A stretch of DNA of 64,000 nt from the NCBI GenBank assembly GCA_963725325.1, contig CAVRYF010000001.1, positions 171,723 to 235,722 on the forward strand, read 5' to 3'. Below are positions 28,354 through 38,484 of the stretch, one piece after another. A program made the position numbers and the translations under genes. Below the pieces are notes generated by a model. It had not been told where the DNA came from. It saw nothing but the letters and a program-made list of their open reading frames with translations, and made no database searches. This DNA comes from an uncultured Acidobacteriota bacterium. Its GTDB lineage: Bacteria > Acidobacteriota > Vicinamibacteria > Vicinamibacterales > 2-12-FULL-66-21. Each line of letters starts with the position of its first letter. Positions within the stretch are counted from its first letter, which is position 1.

Positions 28354-30855
28354 CTATTCGCTGCGGAGCGCTACGTTGGGATCGACCGCCGCGGCCCTGC
28401 GGGCCGGCAAGTAGCAGGCAAAGAACGCGGCACAGATCAACGGAATCGGCGTCACCACCAGCATCCACGGATCGACGATGGCGACGTCCAGCTCGAGATA
28501 CGCGCGCGCGATCGCCCGGCCGACGAGGCCAATCGACAACCCGAAGATGAGCCCGTCGAGGACAGGACGATAGCCGTCCACGAGCACCATGCGCTTGATC
28601 TGTCCGGCGGTGGCCCCCAACGACATCCGCACGCCGATCTCCCGCGTGCGGTTTGCAATGATATGCGACTGGATGCCGTAGAGGCCCGCCATGGCGAGAA
28701 GCAGCGTGATCGCGCCGAGGCCGACCGCCGTCATGCCGAGCCCGCGCAGGACCTGAGACGGTCCGGCGAGCACCGATCGTCCCGTCCCGATGGTGTCGAC
28801 CGCCACGTCCGGATCGGCACGCCGGATGGCCTCGCGCATCGCGCCCACCGCATTGGTCACCGATCCGGATGCCCGCGCGACGACCGTGATGAGCGGCTGG
28901 TAGTGCTGCGTCAGCGGCACGTAGGCCAGTGGCCGCGGATCCGCGAAGATACTGCCCACGTCCGTATCGGCGGCAACGCCGACGATCGTGGCCGTCGGGG
29001 ACCGCGTCTGGCCGACCGCCATCTCCCGCCCGACGACGTCGGCGGTACCGAACATCTGCCGTGCCGTGAATTCGCTCAGGACCACGACGCGTGGCGCGGC
29101 CGGCCCGTCGCGATCGTCGAAAGCGCGTCCACGCAGGATCTCCACCCCCAGCGTTCGGAACATCGAGGGGGCCCCGGCGATCGTCGTCACCACCTGCGGG
29201 TCCATTCGCGCGCCGCTCGTCTGTTCCAGTGGTGAGATGGACAGACGCAGCGTACTCGGCACGCCGAAGGGCAATCCACTCGACAGTGAGGCCGCCTCGA
29301 CCGACGGATGGCGCCGCAGCTCGTCGAGTACCCGGTCGAAGATGCGCCGTGCGCGAGGCTCGTTCCACTCCGGCGTGTCGAAATTGAGAACGGCGACGCC
29401 GATTCGATCCAGGTCGATGCCGGAATCATGGCGCGCCTCCGCGATCGAGTACTTCATGAACATGGTGGCGATGATGAAGAACCCGGCCGCGATGGCGACC
29501 TGCCACCGCAGGAGAAGCCGCTGGCGCCGGCCGCGCTGCGGTCCGGCGGCCGATCCGCCGGCGAGCGCGCCGCGAACGTCGAGCGTGCGCGTCAGCTGAA
29601 TCGCCGGCTCGAGGCCGAAGACGACGAGCGCGATGAGGAGCGACGAGACCGCGATCGTCAGCGCCGGCACGTTCAGCGCGGGATGAAACGACAGCGTGGT
29701 ACGGCCGCCGAAAGGCATGGCGAGGCTGAACTCGGTGTCCATCACGACGCGCAACAGCTCGAACATGACGTAGGACGCGAATGCGCCGCCGGCCGCCAGC
29801 ATCACGCTCTCGAGACACTGTTCGCGCACGAGCCGCCACCTCGATGCGCCGAGGGCGCGCCGCACGGCGAGCTCGCGCAGCCGTGTACTTCCGCGGGCGA
29901 GCACGAGGTTGCCGAGGTTCGTGCAGGCGACGACCAGCACCAACCCGACGAGCGCCACGAGCGTCATCCCGAACCGGCGCACGGCGGAGTCCTCGTCGTC
30001 GGAGATCGCCGCCATGGTCTTTGCGCGCCACGGGCGATCCGTGGCGCCGACGCCCTTGCCACGGAATCGCGGCGGAAAAAACTCGTCGAGCCGCTCGGCG
30101 ATGGTCTGCATTTCCGCCGATGCCGCGGCGATCGTCACCTCCGTTGCGAGGCGGCCAAAGACGGTGAGCCGTCGATCGTCTCGTGCTGTGGCGCGCGGCG
30201 CCGCCGTCCGGGGGGACTCCTTCAACCGTGACTCGGTACCGAGTGGAATCCAGAACTGCGTGCCCACCAGCCATCCGCGAGGACCGCTGAACGAGGCCGG
30301 CGCCACGCCGATAATCTCGAAGGGTTCTCCGGAGATCGCCACGGTGGCGCCGACGATCCGCGGATCGGACGCGAACCGCCGTCGCCACAGCGTATCGCTC
30401 AGCATCACCACACGTCCGCCGCCGGCATCGTCGCTCGGCTGAATCGTGCGTCCGAGCTTGGCGCCCACGCCGAGCGTGGCGAAGTACGATCCGCTCACCG
30501 ACTCGCCGATGACCATCTCCGTCACGGACGGCAGGGCAAGGCGGCGAACGAACGTGGCGGACGCGGCGACGTGGGAGAACGACGTCTGGGCGGTCTGCAC
30601 ATCGCGGAAGTCCGGCTCCGACACCGTGCCGGTCAGCAGCCGTCCGCTGTACGGGGTGACGATGACGGCGACGCGATCGGGCTCGTGGATGCCGAGGCCG
30701 CGCAGGAACACCGCATCGACGATCGAATACACGGCTGTCGTGATCGCGACGCCGACCGCGAGCGAGAGAATCGCGAAGGTTGTGAAGAGAGGCGTCGCGC
30801 CGAGCCGCCTGAGCGCGAGCCTGATGTCGCGGCCCACGGCTGTAGAGGGTAGCAC
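28354..30855 (-). CDS. ADOP-family duplicated MacB/FtsX-type ABC transporter permease
   Basis: 833 aa. Contains DIRLALRRLGATPLFTTFAILSLAVGVAITTAVYSIVDAVFLRGLG and two MacB_PCD + FtsX halves. This architecture is typical of the acidobacterial duplicated orphan permeases. Confidence 0.85.
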   Translation of the reverse strand: MLPSTAVGRDIRLALRRLGATPLFTTFAILSLAVGVAITTAVYSIVDAVFLRGLGIHEPDRVAVIVTPYSGRLLTGTVSEPDFRDVQTAQTSFSHVAASATFVRRLALPSVTEMVIGESVSGSYFATLGVGAKLGRTIQPSDDAGGGRVVMLSDTLWRRRFASDPRIVGATVAISGEPFEIIGVAPASFSGPRGWLVGTQFWIPLGTESRLKESPRTAAPRATARDDRRLTVFGRLATEVTIAAASAEMQTIAERLDEFFPPRFRGKGVGATDRPWRAKTMAAISDDEDSAVRRFGMTLVALVGLVLVVACTNLGNLVLARGSTRLRELAVRRALGASRWRLVREQCLESVMLAAGGAFASYVMFELLRVVMDTEFSLAMPFGGRTTLSFHPALNVPALTIAVSSLLIALVVFGLEPAIQLTRTLDVRGALAGGSAAGPQRGRRQRLLLRWQVAIAAGFFIIATMFMKYSIAEARHDSGIDLDRIGVAVLNFDTPEWNEPRARRIFDRVLDELRRHPSVEAASLSSGLPFGVPSTLRLSISPLEQTSGARMDPQVVTTIAGAPSMFRTLGVEILRGRAFDDRDGPAAPRVVVLSEFTARQMFGTADVVGREMAVGQTRSPTATIVGVAADTDVGSIFADPRPLAYVPLTQHYQPLITVVARASGSVTNAVGAMREAIRRADPDVAVDTIGTGRSVLAGPSQVLRGLGMTAVGLGAITLLLAMAGLYGIQSHIIANRTREIGVRMSLGATAGQIKRMVLVDGYRPVLDGLIFGLSIGLVGRAIARAYLELDVAIVDPWMLVVTPIPLICAAFFACYLPARRAAAVDPNVALRSE

Positions 30856-30861
30856 GCCCGG

Positions 30862-31377
30862 CTACCGGCCGATCACGACCTTGAAGCCGCCGCCGGCGTA
30901 GAAATGCCCTCCGTCGTCGGAGAACACCGAATGGCCGATGTTCGCGTACACGACGACGTTGCGCACGCCGTCGATGATGCCGGCGTTCACCAGCACGAGC
31001 CGATCTCGCTGGAAGTCGATGCTCGATTCGGTGCGCAGCTCGATCATCGCGGCGACCTTCCGCGTGAACGACCGGCCGAACGCGAAGCCGAATCCGGATG
31101 CGAGCTCCCGCGATGGATCGTGCAACGGTTTTTCGAGCTCGCCGTTGAACACGAACGTGAACGCGTGAAACTCGCGCGCGACGAGGAGCGGCAGCACGAT
31201 GGTCTGGCCGGCCTCCGAGAGTCCCTTCTCGGCCCCGTGCGCCGGCGCGAATTCGAGCTGTGGATACACCGCGACGGAAATGCCGCGGTGCTCGTCGCCA
31301 TAGAAGTCGAACTTCCCGCCGATCGCAGTCGTCCCGATGCCGGCCTTGTAACCCTCTCCGGCCTCATTGGCGGCGGA
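30862..31377 (-). pseudogene. 5'-truncated outer-membrane beta-barrel protein (MetA-pathway/phenol-degradation-like transporter family)
   Basis: Track ORF 30862..31269. The same frame continues upstream without a start codon (DPVSAANEAGEGYKAGIGTTAIGGKFDFYGDEHRGISVAV) to a TAA that lies inside the gtcttacac repeat motif at ~31383. Confidence 0.5.
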
Positions 31378-31524
31378 AACCGGGTCTTACACGATTCGCG
31401 CGATCAACTGTTGATGTGTGTCTTGTAAGCTGCTGATTCCAAGCCTGATGGAAGAACGCTGGGAATTGAAGGAGGGTTTTGCGTGACACTGTTCCTGGCC
31501 GTCCGCAAGTGCTTGATTCTAAAC

Positions 31525-31563
31525 GGAGAGATGTCGGAGTGGTCGATCGAGCACGCTTGGAAA
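31525..31563 (+). repeat. tRNA-Ser(GGA) 5'-half copy 3, ends exactly after the anticodon loop
   Basis: ggagagatgtcggagtggtcgatcgagcacgcttggaaa is followed by acgaatcc. The upstream ~130 nt are similar to copy 1. Confidence 0.75.
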
Positions 31564-31804
31564 ACGAATCCGGCGACGCTCACAGAGCGACATCGAAACA
31601 CCTCTTCACGCAATCGATTCAACGACTTGCCGCTCTGAAATGCCGCTCGATGTGAGTCCCTGATCGTCGGTATTCGTCGTCGATCTCAGGCCGACCTTAC
31701 ACAGTTTCTACACGATCTTCTCGTCGGCTTAGCCAAGGCGACGCCTCCGGGCTCGTGCCCCGGCGCGGCTTGACGGCGGGCAACGGGCGAGTCATATTAC
31801 TTCC

Positions 31805-32035
31805 ATGGCACTATCGAGGAAGAAAGCGACGACCATCGCTCTCGATCCGGAGGATGATCGGCTGCTCTCACGGGCGGCTCGGGAGCGTGGCATCTCGCGG
31901 TCAGAGTTCATTCGACAGCACCTCGCTCTGGTACTCGAGCAGTACCGACGGCATCCCAGGCCGCGAAGCGCGGGCATCGTCCGAGCGCTGACGGAGCGCG
32001 GCGACGAGCGCGAGCTGTTCGGTGCCGGCCGGTAG
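31805..32035 (+). CDS. vapB: RHH/CopG-type antitoxin (VapB-like)
   Basis: MALSRKKATTIALDPEDDRLLSRAARERGISRSEFIRQHL. The gene overlaps the start of the downstream PIN gene. Confidence 0.75.
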   Translation: MALSRKKATTIALDPEDDRLLSRAARERGISRSEFIRQHLALVLEQYRRHPRPRSAGIVRALTERGDERELFGAGR

Positions 32036-32468
32036 CGCGGCTGCGCTCATCTGCGATACTGGTGCGCTCATCGACTACCTCGTCGAAAGCGCGGCAGACC
32101 ACAGGCTCTTTCGCAACGCCATCGACCAAGCACGCACCCGCTACGTCCCTGGTCTCGTACTTGCCGAGGTCGATTACTTCCTCCGCGACGAGCGCCAGGC
32201 GATGCACGTGTTCATGCAGGATCTCGCCAGAGGCGCCTTCACCTACGCGCCGCCGACCGTTGGTCAGCTCTCACGTGCGATGGAGGTGGACCGACGCTTC
32301 GCGGATCTTGGCCTGGGCCTCGTCGATGGGTCGGTTGTAGCGCTCGCCGAGTCTCTCGGCATCCGTCGTCTGGCCACGCGCGACGTGCGTCACTTCGCAG
32401 CCGTTCGACTGCGTGACGGCCGCCCCTTCGAGCTGGTGGTTCGTCCGACCAATCCCGACCAGTCCTGA
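32022..32468 (+). CDS. vapC: PIN-domain toxin (VapC-like)
   Basis: GTG start. ALICDTGALIDYL...VLAEVDYFL...LGLVDGSVVALAESLGIRRLATRDVRHF carries the PIN acidic residues. Confidence 0.8.
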   Translation: MPAGSAAALICDTGALIDYLVESAADHRLFRNAIDQARTRYVPGLVLAEVDYFLRDERQAMHVFMQDLARGAFTYAPPTVGQLSRAMEVDRRFADLGLGLVDGSVVALAESLGIRRLATRDVRHFAAVRLRDGRPFELVVRPTNPDQS

Positions 32469-33887
32469 TTCCAGGCCCAGCAGCAGCAACCGCCCGTTTT
32501 CGCGGCCAGCGGCCCGCCTGCCCGCCGCGTCGAGCGCGTACGACCACAGACGCGCGGCACGTCGCGACGCACCGAACGCCAGCCGTCGGCCGTCACCTGT
32601 GATGCTGAAGTTGGTGGCTTCGATCGATGTCGTCATCGGGAGTGGACCCGTGACGATCCGGCGGGCGTTGCGATCGACACCGATCCGCCACACGCTCCTG
32701 AAGCCCTGCACGTTGCCGATGAAGAAGATGGCGTTTTCTCCAGCTACCCAGCGGATCGGCTCACTGCCTTCTACCGACAACTTGAGTTGGAGAAAGCGGT
32801 GCGCGACCGCGGCGTCCACCTGCCAGGTCCCGACCTCGCGGCCTTCGACATCGATGCTTTCCGCCGATGGAATGAACGGGCCGACGAGACACGCCAGCAC
32901 GACGATCTCGCCGGGCGCCAGCCATCCGAAGGCGCCACGCCGCGTCCCCGACAAAGGCCGCACGGCGCCAGTCCGGCCGACGGCGTGCAGTCCGGTAGTC
33001 GCGCCGCCGAGGACGGATCGCGCGAACACGATCGTCGCGCCGTCCGGCGACCAGGTGGGACGAAAGCCGAAATCGGCGAGCCGCTGTTCCGGTCCGCCAT
33101 TGATCGGCGCGACATAGATGCCGCCGCCGGCACGCTCCGAGCGAAACACGACCGAGTTTCCGTCGGGAGACCAGTCGGGCTGCCAGTCGTCGGCGGCGTC
33201 CGTGGTGATGCGTACGGGACTACCGCCCGAAATCCGCCGCGTATAGATGTCGAACTGGCCTGAGACATTCGCCGCGTAGGCAACCGACTGGCCGTCCGGC
33301 GAAAAGACCGGTTCCGTCTGCAGGCCATCCTCGAACGTCAGACGCAACGGTGCCCACTCGGCAGCGTCACCGTTCTTATCCGGCGACAAGGCCACGAGGG
33401 CGGCGTAGAGCGCCACCGCCGACAGCGTTGCGCCGAGTGCGATCCAGGATCGGACGTTTGTTCGACGAGCGGCTGTAGCAGGAGGAATAGGGCTATTTTC
33501 CGGTGCGCGCGGAGGAATCAGCGGTGCGTCCCCGGCAATGCCGCTACCCTCCTGTACCGGCGTGCTGCCGACCCGTGCGACGAACCGGTAGCCCTTCCGC
33601 GGGAGGGTCTCGACGAACTTCGGCCGATCGGCGGAATCGCCGAGCGCATTGCGCAAGCGGCGGATGGCGCTGTTCAACCCATGGTCGAAATCGACGAAGC
33701 TGTCGGCGGGCCACAGGCGCTCCCGCAGCTCGTCACGTGTGACGAGGTCGCCAGCGCGCTCCAACAGCGCCGTCAGGACCTGGGCTGACTGCTCGGCGAG
33801 GCGGATCCGGCGTTCGGACTTCCGAAGCTCACCCGTCAGCAGGTCGAAATGGAATTGACCGAACGTGACGTGTCGAGAGGTACCCAA
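32271..33887 (-). CDS. CadC/OmpR-type winged-helix transcriptional regulator + TM + TolB-like beta-propeller; 3' end probably replaced
   Basis: FGQFHFDLLTGELRKSERRIRLAEQSAQVLTALLERAGDLVTRDELRERLWP...ETLPRKGYRF, then a TM segment, then PD40-like repeats (YAANVSGQFDIYT, WSPDGNSVVFRS, WSPDGATIVFA). The last ~65 codons are antisense to vapC. Confidence 0.75.
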   Translation of the reverse strand: MGTSRHVTFGQFHFDLLTGELRKSERRIRLAEQSAQVLTALLERAGDLVTRDELRERLWPADSFVDFDHGLNSAIRRLRNALGDSADRPKFVETLPRKGYRFVARVGSTPVQEGSGIAGDAPLIPPRAPENSPIPPATAARRTNVRSWIALGATLSAVALYAALVALSPDKNGDAAEWAPLRLTFEDGLQTEPVFSPDGQSVAYAANVSGQFDIYTRRISGGSPVRITTDAADDWQPDWSPDGNSVVFRSERAGGGIYVAPINGGPEQRLADFGFRPTWSPDGATIVFARSVLGGATTGLHAVGRTGAVRPLSGTRRGAFGWLAPGEIVVLACLVGPFIPSAESIDVEGREVGTWQVDAAVAHRFLQLKLSVEGSEPIRWVAGENAIFFIGNVQGFRSVWRIGVDRNARRIVTGPLPMTTSIEATNFSITGDGRRLAFGASRRAARLWSYALDAAGRRAAGRENGRLLLLGLESGLVGIGRTNHQLEGAAVTQSNGCEVTHVARGQTTDAERLGERYNRPIDEAQAKIREASVHLHRT

Positions 33888-34116
33888 AGCTGCCTCAACG
33901 GCGCTCTACGCCCGCCCTTGTTGCGCGAAACGCCAGCGTCATGTGGCCGCTCACGAAGCTGACGATGTTGTCGATGGAAAAGATCAGCATCTCGGTGGTC
34001 CGCTGCCGCACGAGCGGGCACTTTGATCGAGTGCTCCTCGAGCTTGGTCATCCTACCGTCCGGACACAACGGGGATCAACCGGCTTGATCTCGAGACACC
34101 GTCGCGGCCCGTTCGC

Positions 34117-34855
34117 ATGGCTGACGACATCAAGTTTCTCGAGACCGCACGCGAAGCGGTTATGCGAACGGCCGGCGAACCCGAGGCAGTGGCGGCTGAC
34201 GCTGACCGGCTGTTCGACACTTCCGGTCGTCAAGACGGCTTCATTCTGGTGGCCCGGACGCTGTATCAAGAGGCTGTCAATAGCGAGAAAGGGACTGAAT
34301 TCAATGCTGCTTTCTCGTACTGCCAAGACCGAATCGCAAGAATTCGAGCAGCAGGCACGGTACCGAGGGCGGCACTACTTGAAGTGGCGGTGGACATCTA
34401 CTATCACTGGCGCGTCGTGCGGCGGGTGGTCACGGCGTCAGGTTTTCCCATCGAGTGGCCGCTGTTGAGAGAGGACCTGCGACGTCATCTTGCGCAGTAC
34501 GGCGACGCCCGACCCATTTCACGAATACCTGTTCGGTGTCTGCTTGGCTCACGTCGGCGAGTGGCCGCAGGCGTCTGCAATGTTCGCCAACCTACGCCGA
34601 AGTGCGCTGCCGAGAAGCATCTTGTGGGCGCCGAGGGATTTCCTACTCTCTGACAACGGAACGCCAAGGCGCGTGCAAGGAGAGATAAAACATGCCGGGG
34701 ACCGGACCTACTTGTACGTGCCCGACCTGCATTTCGACTTCTTGCTGAGTCGAGCTGAAAGTTGGCCGAAAGAAGGGGAAACGGGATACGCGTACGTCAG
34801 GTTTGCGTTTGGTGGACCAAGTGCGACGAAGTCAGTCGCGTTCACTTCAGCGTGA
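34117..34855 (+). CDS. Hypothetical protein, apparently one gene split by a frameshift near 34505
   Basis: ORFs 34117..34653 and 34490..34855 both have protein-like composition up to and from ~34505 (…LRRHLAQYGDA | PDPFHEYLFGVCLAHVGEW…). I recognise no family. Confidence 0.4.
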
Positions 34856-35630
34856 TGACGCGTCCATCTGAGTCGAGACGCTTCACGGACGCGACATCGG
34901 CAAAGTCGGCAAAAGTTGAACGGACCAACCCCCTTGCAGTCGCGAGGTGGTCTAGAAGATGGGCTAAGAAGAGGGCACTCGCCAGTCCGGAACAATCGAA
35001 CCCGACGATCTTCGCGGAGTTGCTGTTTCGGTACAGCCTGTAAGCCAAGTTGTGCGCTGTGGCGATGATATCGGGTCCGCCGCGTCGATCGCCGAAATCC
35101 ACAGCGGAGTATTGTGCCTGAAGGGCCTCTTCTGCATACGCATACGCAATGGTGGGTGAGTGCTCGACGGCGTCTGAAGGATAGTAGTGAAACGCGCCAC
35201 ACCAGATCTGCGCTGCGTCCACCCCTGCATGTACTGCGACGTCTCGCGCCGACCCAAGAGTGCTCGTCGAGTCGTCGAGCTCCGCTTTGCCGAGTCGAGT
35301 CTTCACGGAGATCGCTGCCCGAACGGTGTTTGGGAAGCTCACAATCACACCCCCCTGCTCAAAGACAGGTGCTTCGGTCGAGGTGTCGACGATAAGGATA
35401 TCTTGCTCGCGCGAGCAGATGTCAGGCTGTAGTGGACTGATTAGAAATCCTCGACCGACTGCGTGAGAGCCCGGCACGTGTCGACGGATGACCTCGGCGA
35501 GCAGGAATTCCTTGTGCGCCCCGTCGGTCAACCAGTGCGTATCACCGATAAGGTTCCGCACGCGCTGCGATTGAGCGCTCAGTTCGTCCGCCAACGAGCG
35601 CAGATACCTTTCGCGGTTTGCCTTGACCAT
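34842..35630 (-). CDS. Hypothetical protein with a restriction-endonuclease-like (D…xVK) N-terminal region, DUF6602-like by memory
   Basis: 262 aa. Contains HKEFLLAEVIRRHVP...GRGFLIS...CSREQDILIVD...VRAAISVKTRLGKAEL. The gene converges on the previous gene with a 14-nt overlap. Confidence 0.5.
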   Translation of the reverse strand: MVKANRERYLRSLADELSAQSQRVRNLIGDTHWLTDGAHKEFLLAEVIRRHVPGSHAVGRGFLISPLQPDICSREQDILIVDTSTEAPVFEQGGVIVSFPNTVRAAISVKTRLGKAELDDSTSTLGSARDVAVHAGVDAAQIWCGAFHYYPSDAVEHSPTIAYAYAEEALQAQYSAVDFGDRRGGPDIIATAHNLAYRLYRNSNSAKIVGFDCSGLASALFLAHLLDHLATARGLVRSTFADFADVASVKRLDSDGRVITLK

Positions 35631-35934
35631 TCAAGAGTCCTCGAACCTGAGACCGGGGCTTGAGCTGGAAAGCAATCGTGGCCCGGTTGATTCTAAGGGA
35701 GGGGCCGTATCCAACCAAATGGTCTGATCAGAGAACTCCCGACTCCTTCGGAAGACGCGTCGGAGCGCGCGATGCATGCTGCCGTCAGCACCCGACACCA
35801 CACGACGAGACCCTACGAAGCATTGCGGCGCTCCTGCACGCTGCTCATACTCAGAAGTGTCGTCGCCGAACTCGGGGCGTCACGTAGGTCATTGCGCACG
35901 TGTCCCGAGTCGACCCAGGGTGGCGGGAGGAACC

Positions 35935-36867
35935 ATGTTGGACAGGTACGATCCGCGCGACGACGGTCGCGATCGTGGCATCGCCTTGGACCGTAGCCTT
36001 GGTGGCCGTGGCGGCAGGAGCGATCGCAACCGGAACGACGAGCGCGATCCACGCGACGTGTTCACGAAAGACCTCGACTTGCCGCGTGGGCGTGAGCGCC
36101 AGCCCGTTTTCGAACGCGACCGTGTCTATGAGATCGACGGCACCGAGAGCCGTATGCTGGGGACCATCGGCGCGTTTCGGGTTGTAGCCGAGAGCGATCT
36201 GCACGACATGCGCGACGATTTTAATAGTCCGCGTCGGAGCGCTCGTCATCTCGAACGCGAGGGACTGATTCGGACGAGCCCGCTCAGCTCGGACGATCGC
36301 GCCGTGACGCTGACGGACCGCGGACGTGACCTGCTCGAGGCCAACCGCTACGAGCGTGACGACCGTACCCCCGAGCCCCGCCAGACGTTCCACGCCGGCA
36401 TCAGAAAGCCTCGCGAGCTGACGCACGACACCAGGGTCTATCGCGCCTACCAGCGCGCCGAGGAGCGTCTCCGCGGCGAAGGCGGTCGCGTTCGGCGCGT
36501 CGTCCTCGACTACGAGCTGAAGCGCGACTATCAACGATTCCTCCACGAGCGCAATCGCGGCAAGAAGGACTGCGACGGCCGGCCGGACCGTGAGCCCGAA
36601 GAGATCGCACGGTGGGCGCGTGAACACGATTTGCCGTACGACGATGGGCACGTCCGGTTCCCGGATGCCCGTATCGAGTACGAAGACCGCGACGGCCGCT
36701 CGCGGCACGAGGATCTCGAGGTCGTGACCGGCCACTACCGCGGGGCCCACGCCGGTGGCGCCGCCAAGTCCGGATTCACTTGCTATCTCTCGATCGGATG
36801 CTCGGTCGGCGGTCGCGGCGGCGGCGGGGGCCGGCACCCGCGAATCGCGGAGGAGTTGATCCGATGA
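35935..36867 (+). CDS. Replication-relaxation family protein (plasmid/ICE-type, wHTH N-terminus)
   Basis: GGAGG then ATG 35935. Contains RHLEREGLIRTSPLSSDDRAVTLTDRGRDLL and RFPDARIEYEDRDGRSRHEDLEVVTGHY (Replic_Relax-like). The next ORF (ATG 36864, ATGA overlap) has only ~35 codons before the convergent gene. Confidence 0.55.
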   Translation: MLDRYDPRDDGRDRGIALDRSLGGRGGRSDRNRNDERDPRDVFTKDLDLPRGRERQPVFERDRVYEIDGTESRMLGTIGAFRVVAESDLHDMRDDFNSPRRSARHLEREGLIRTSPLSSDDRAVTLTDRGRDLLEANRYERDDRTPEPRQTFHAGIRKPRELTHDTRVYRAYQRAEERLRGEGGRVRRVVLDYELKRDYQRFLHERNRGKKDCDGRPDREPEEIARWAREHDLPYDDGHVRFPDARIEYEDRDGRSRHEDLEVVTGHYRGAHAGGAAKSGFTCYLSIGCSVGGRGGGGGRHPRIAEELIR

Positions 36868-36970
36868 CTCTGCCGCCTCCGCCCGACCGCTGGACGATCG
36901 AGCTAGCCTATCGGACGCGACCTCGAAAGTCTGCCGGGCCTAGCTCAATCTCGAACGCTTCCGCACCTGA

Positions 36971-38236
36971 TCACCGATTGCGCGTCGCGGTCCACAGCCC
37001 CTCGGCGCGCGGCTCCACTCTCGATCGCCCCTTAGCCGACGCGCCGTCGAGCCAGCCCGCCAGCGTCGTCTTCACCACTCCGACCTTGCCGTCGATCATG
37101 CCGGTCGGCCACTCGCCAGGGAACGTCAGCTCGACGTAGCCATCGCGCCAGGTGCCCGTGACTTCGCGGTTCCGGCCTAACTCGCCCGACCACGAGCCGC
37201 CGAGGACGTTGCCGTCGCGCCGGAGCTGCAGCGTTCCCGCGAAATTACCGGCGTCGGTCGAGATCTTCACGTCCCATGTGCCGGCGGCATCGGATCCGTT
37301 CTTGATTGCCTGCGGCGCCGCGTGGGTGATGCGCACGTTGGAGAAGTAACCTTCCTGGCCGACGAACGTGAACAGCGACACGTTGCCATGCAGGTCCAGG
37401 CCCTTCAGGCCGTCGACGATCAGGGTGGGCTCGGGGTTGTGATTGAGATACAGCTTGGCGGCGCGGCCGGCAACTTCGATTTTCATGTGCGTCCAACCAT
37501 CGAGCCGCAGATCGGCATGGCTCTCGTAGACCCACGGCCAGGCGCGCCGCAGTGCATACCAGCTGAACCCGGGCGCGGCGCAGTACTGCACGACCTGATT
37601 GCGCGCCGCCTGATCCTCGGCCACGGCGGCGCCTGGACGGACGTAGAACATGTCGTAGCTGGAGGCGTCCGGACGGGCGCGGAACGCGATGCCGATGAAG
37701 CCCGGCATGCGGGTGCCGGGCGGCGCCGTGATCTTCACCGCGACGTCGGCTTCGATGGTCCCATCCTGGAAGTCGACCCCTGGCAGCGGTACGAACCCGT
37801 CGACCCCCTTTTCACGCGTCTTCACGAGCCGCACGGCCTTGCGCCCGAGGAAGTCGCCGCTGTCGATCATGAGATCCTGCGCGACGAGGCCCTTTGTGTC
37901 GTTAAGCGGAAACGATTGCTCGGCCGCCACAACGGAGACAAGTGTACCGTCGCGAGATAACCCATCATGGTTGGAGCGCGCCAGCGTCACTAAGGCTGTA
38001 CGGTCCGAGTGCCTGACGACCCCGGCAACTGGCAACGTGGCACCAGGAGCGGAGACGGCGAGTGACTCAATCAAGACGTTAGCCTCAGCGGCGTACGCTC
38101 TTTTCTGATAGGAGCTTCGGTCGTCGGCGATCGTCACAACGGGCGCGCGTCGATGGCCGGCCGCGTGAATTCCGGCGCCATTCGCGGCGGATACGACGCA
38201 AACGACGGTCACATACGCCATCTTTCGGTTCGACAC
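36971..38236 (-). CDS. Secreted LamG/DUF1080-like (concanavalin-type) protein with a chimeric N-terminus derived from a paralog of the 40363..41452 propeller gene
   Basis: By alignment with the paralog leader the start is GTG 38236, after AAGGAG. The concanavalin-like core is GFIGIAFRARPDASSYDMFYVRPG...DGWTHMKIEVAGRAAKLYLNHNPEPTLIVDGL...GYFSNVRITHA. The track ORF extends to 38320. Confidence 0.65.
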   Translation of the reverse strand: MSNRKMAYVTVVCVVSAANGAGIHAAGHRRAPVVTIADDRSSYQKRAYAAEANVLIESLAVSAPGATLPVAGVVRHSDRTALVTLARSNHDGLSRDGTLVSVVAAEQSFPLNDTKGLVAQDLMIDSGDFLGRKAVRLVKTREKGVDGFVPLPGVDFQDGTIEADVAVKITAPPGTRMPGFIGIAFRARPDASSYDMFYVRPGAAVAEDQAARNQVVQYCAAPGFSWYALRRAWPWVYESHADLRLDGWTHMKIEVAGRAAKLYLNHNPEPTLIVDGLKGLDLHGNVSLFTFVGQEGYFSNVRITHAAPQAIKNGSDAAGTWDVKISTDAGNFAGTLQLRRDGNVLGGSWSGELGRNREVTGTWRDGYVELTFPGEWPTGMIDGKVGVVKTTLAGWLDGASAKGRSRVEPRAEGLWTATRNR

Positions 38237-38484
38237 GATAATCTCCTTGAACATCAGAAATACCCCGAGCGCGCGGCCACAGGGCCACGGCTCAAACTCA
38301 TCCTGCAGGTAACGCCTCACCCCTCGTCTGTTCTGCGCGTACGCCGCGGCGTCAGTGCCAACTTCGATCCTGCCTCTGCGTACGCTGCGCCATTACGCCT
38401 CCGACGTACGGGGCAGTCTGGCAGGACTCGCAAACTGGACATGTGGCCGGAAGACGTCCGACGAGGACACGCGGTGCGGTCGTC

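Noticed and set aside
28007-29368. 453-aa ORF as listed in the track.
   Set aside because: Only the last 104 codons (28007..28321) look like a real protein. The rest overlaps the ADOP permease in another frame on the same strand and is Arg-rich.
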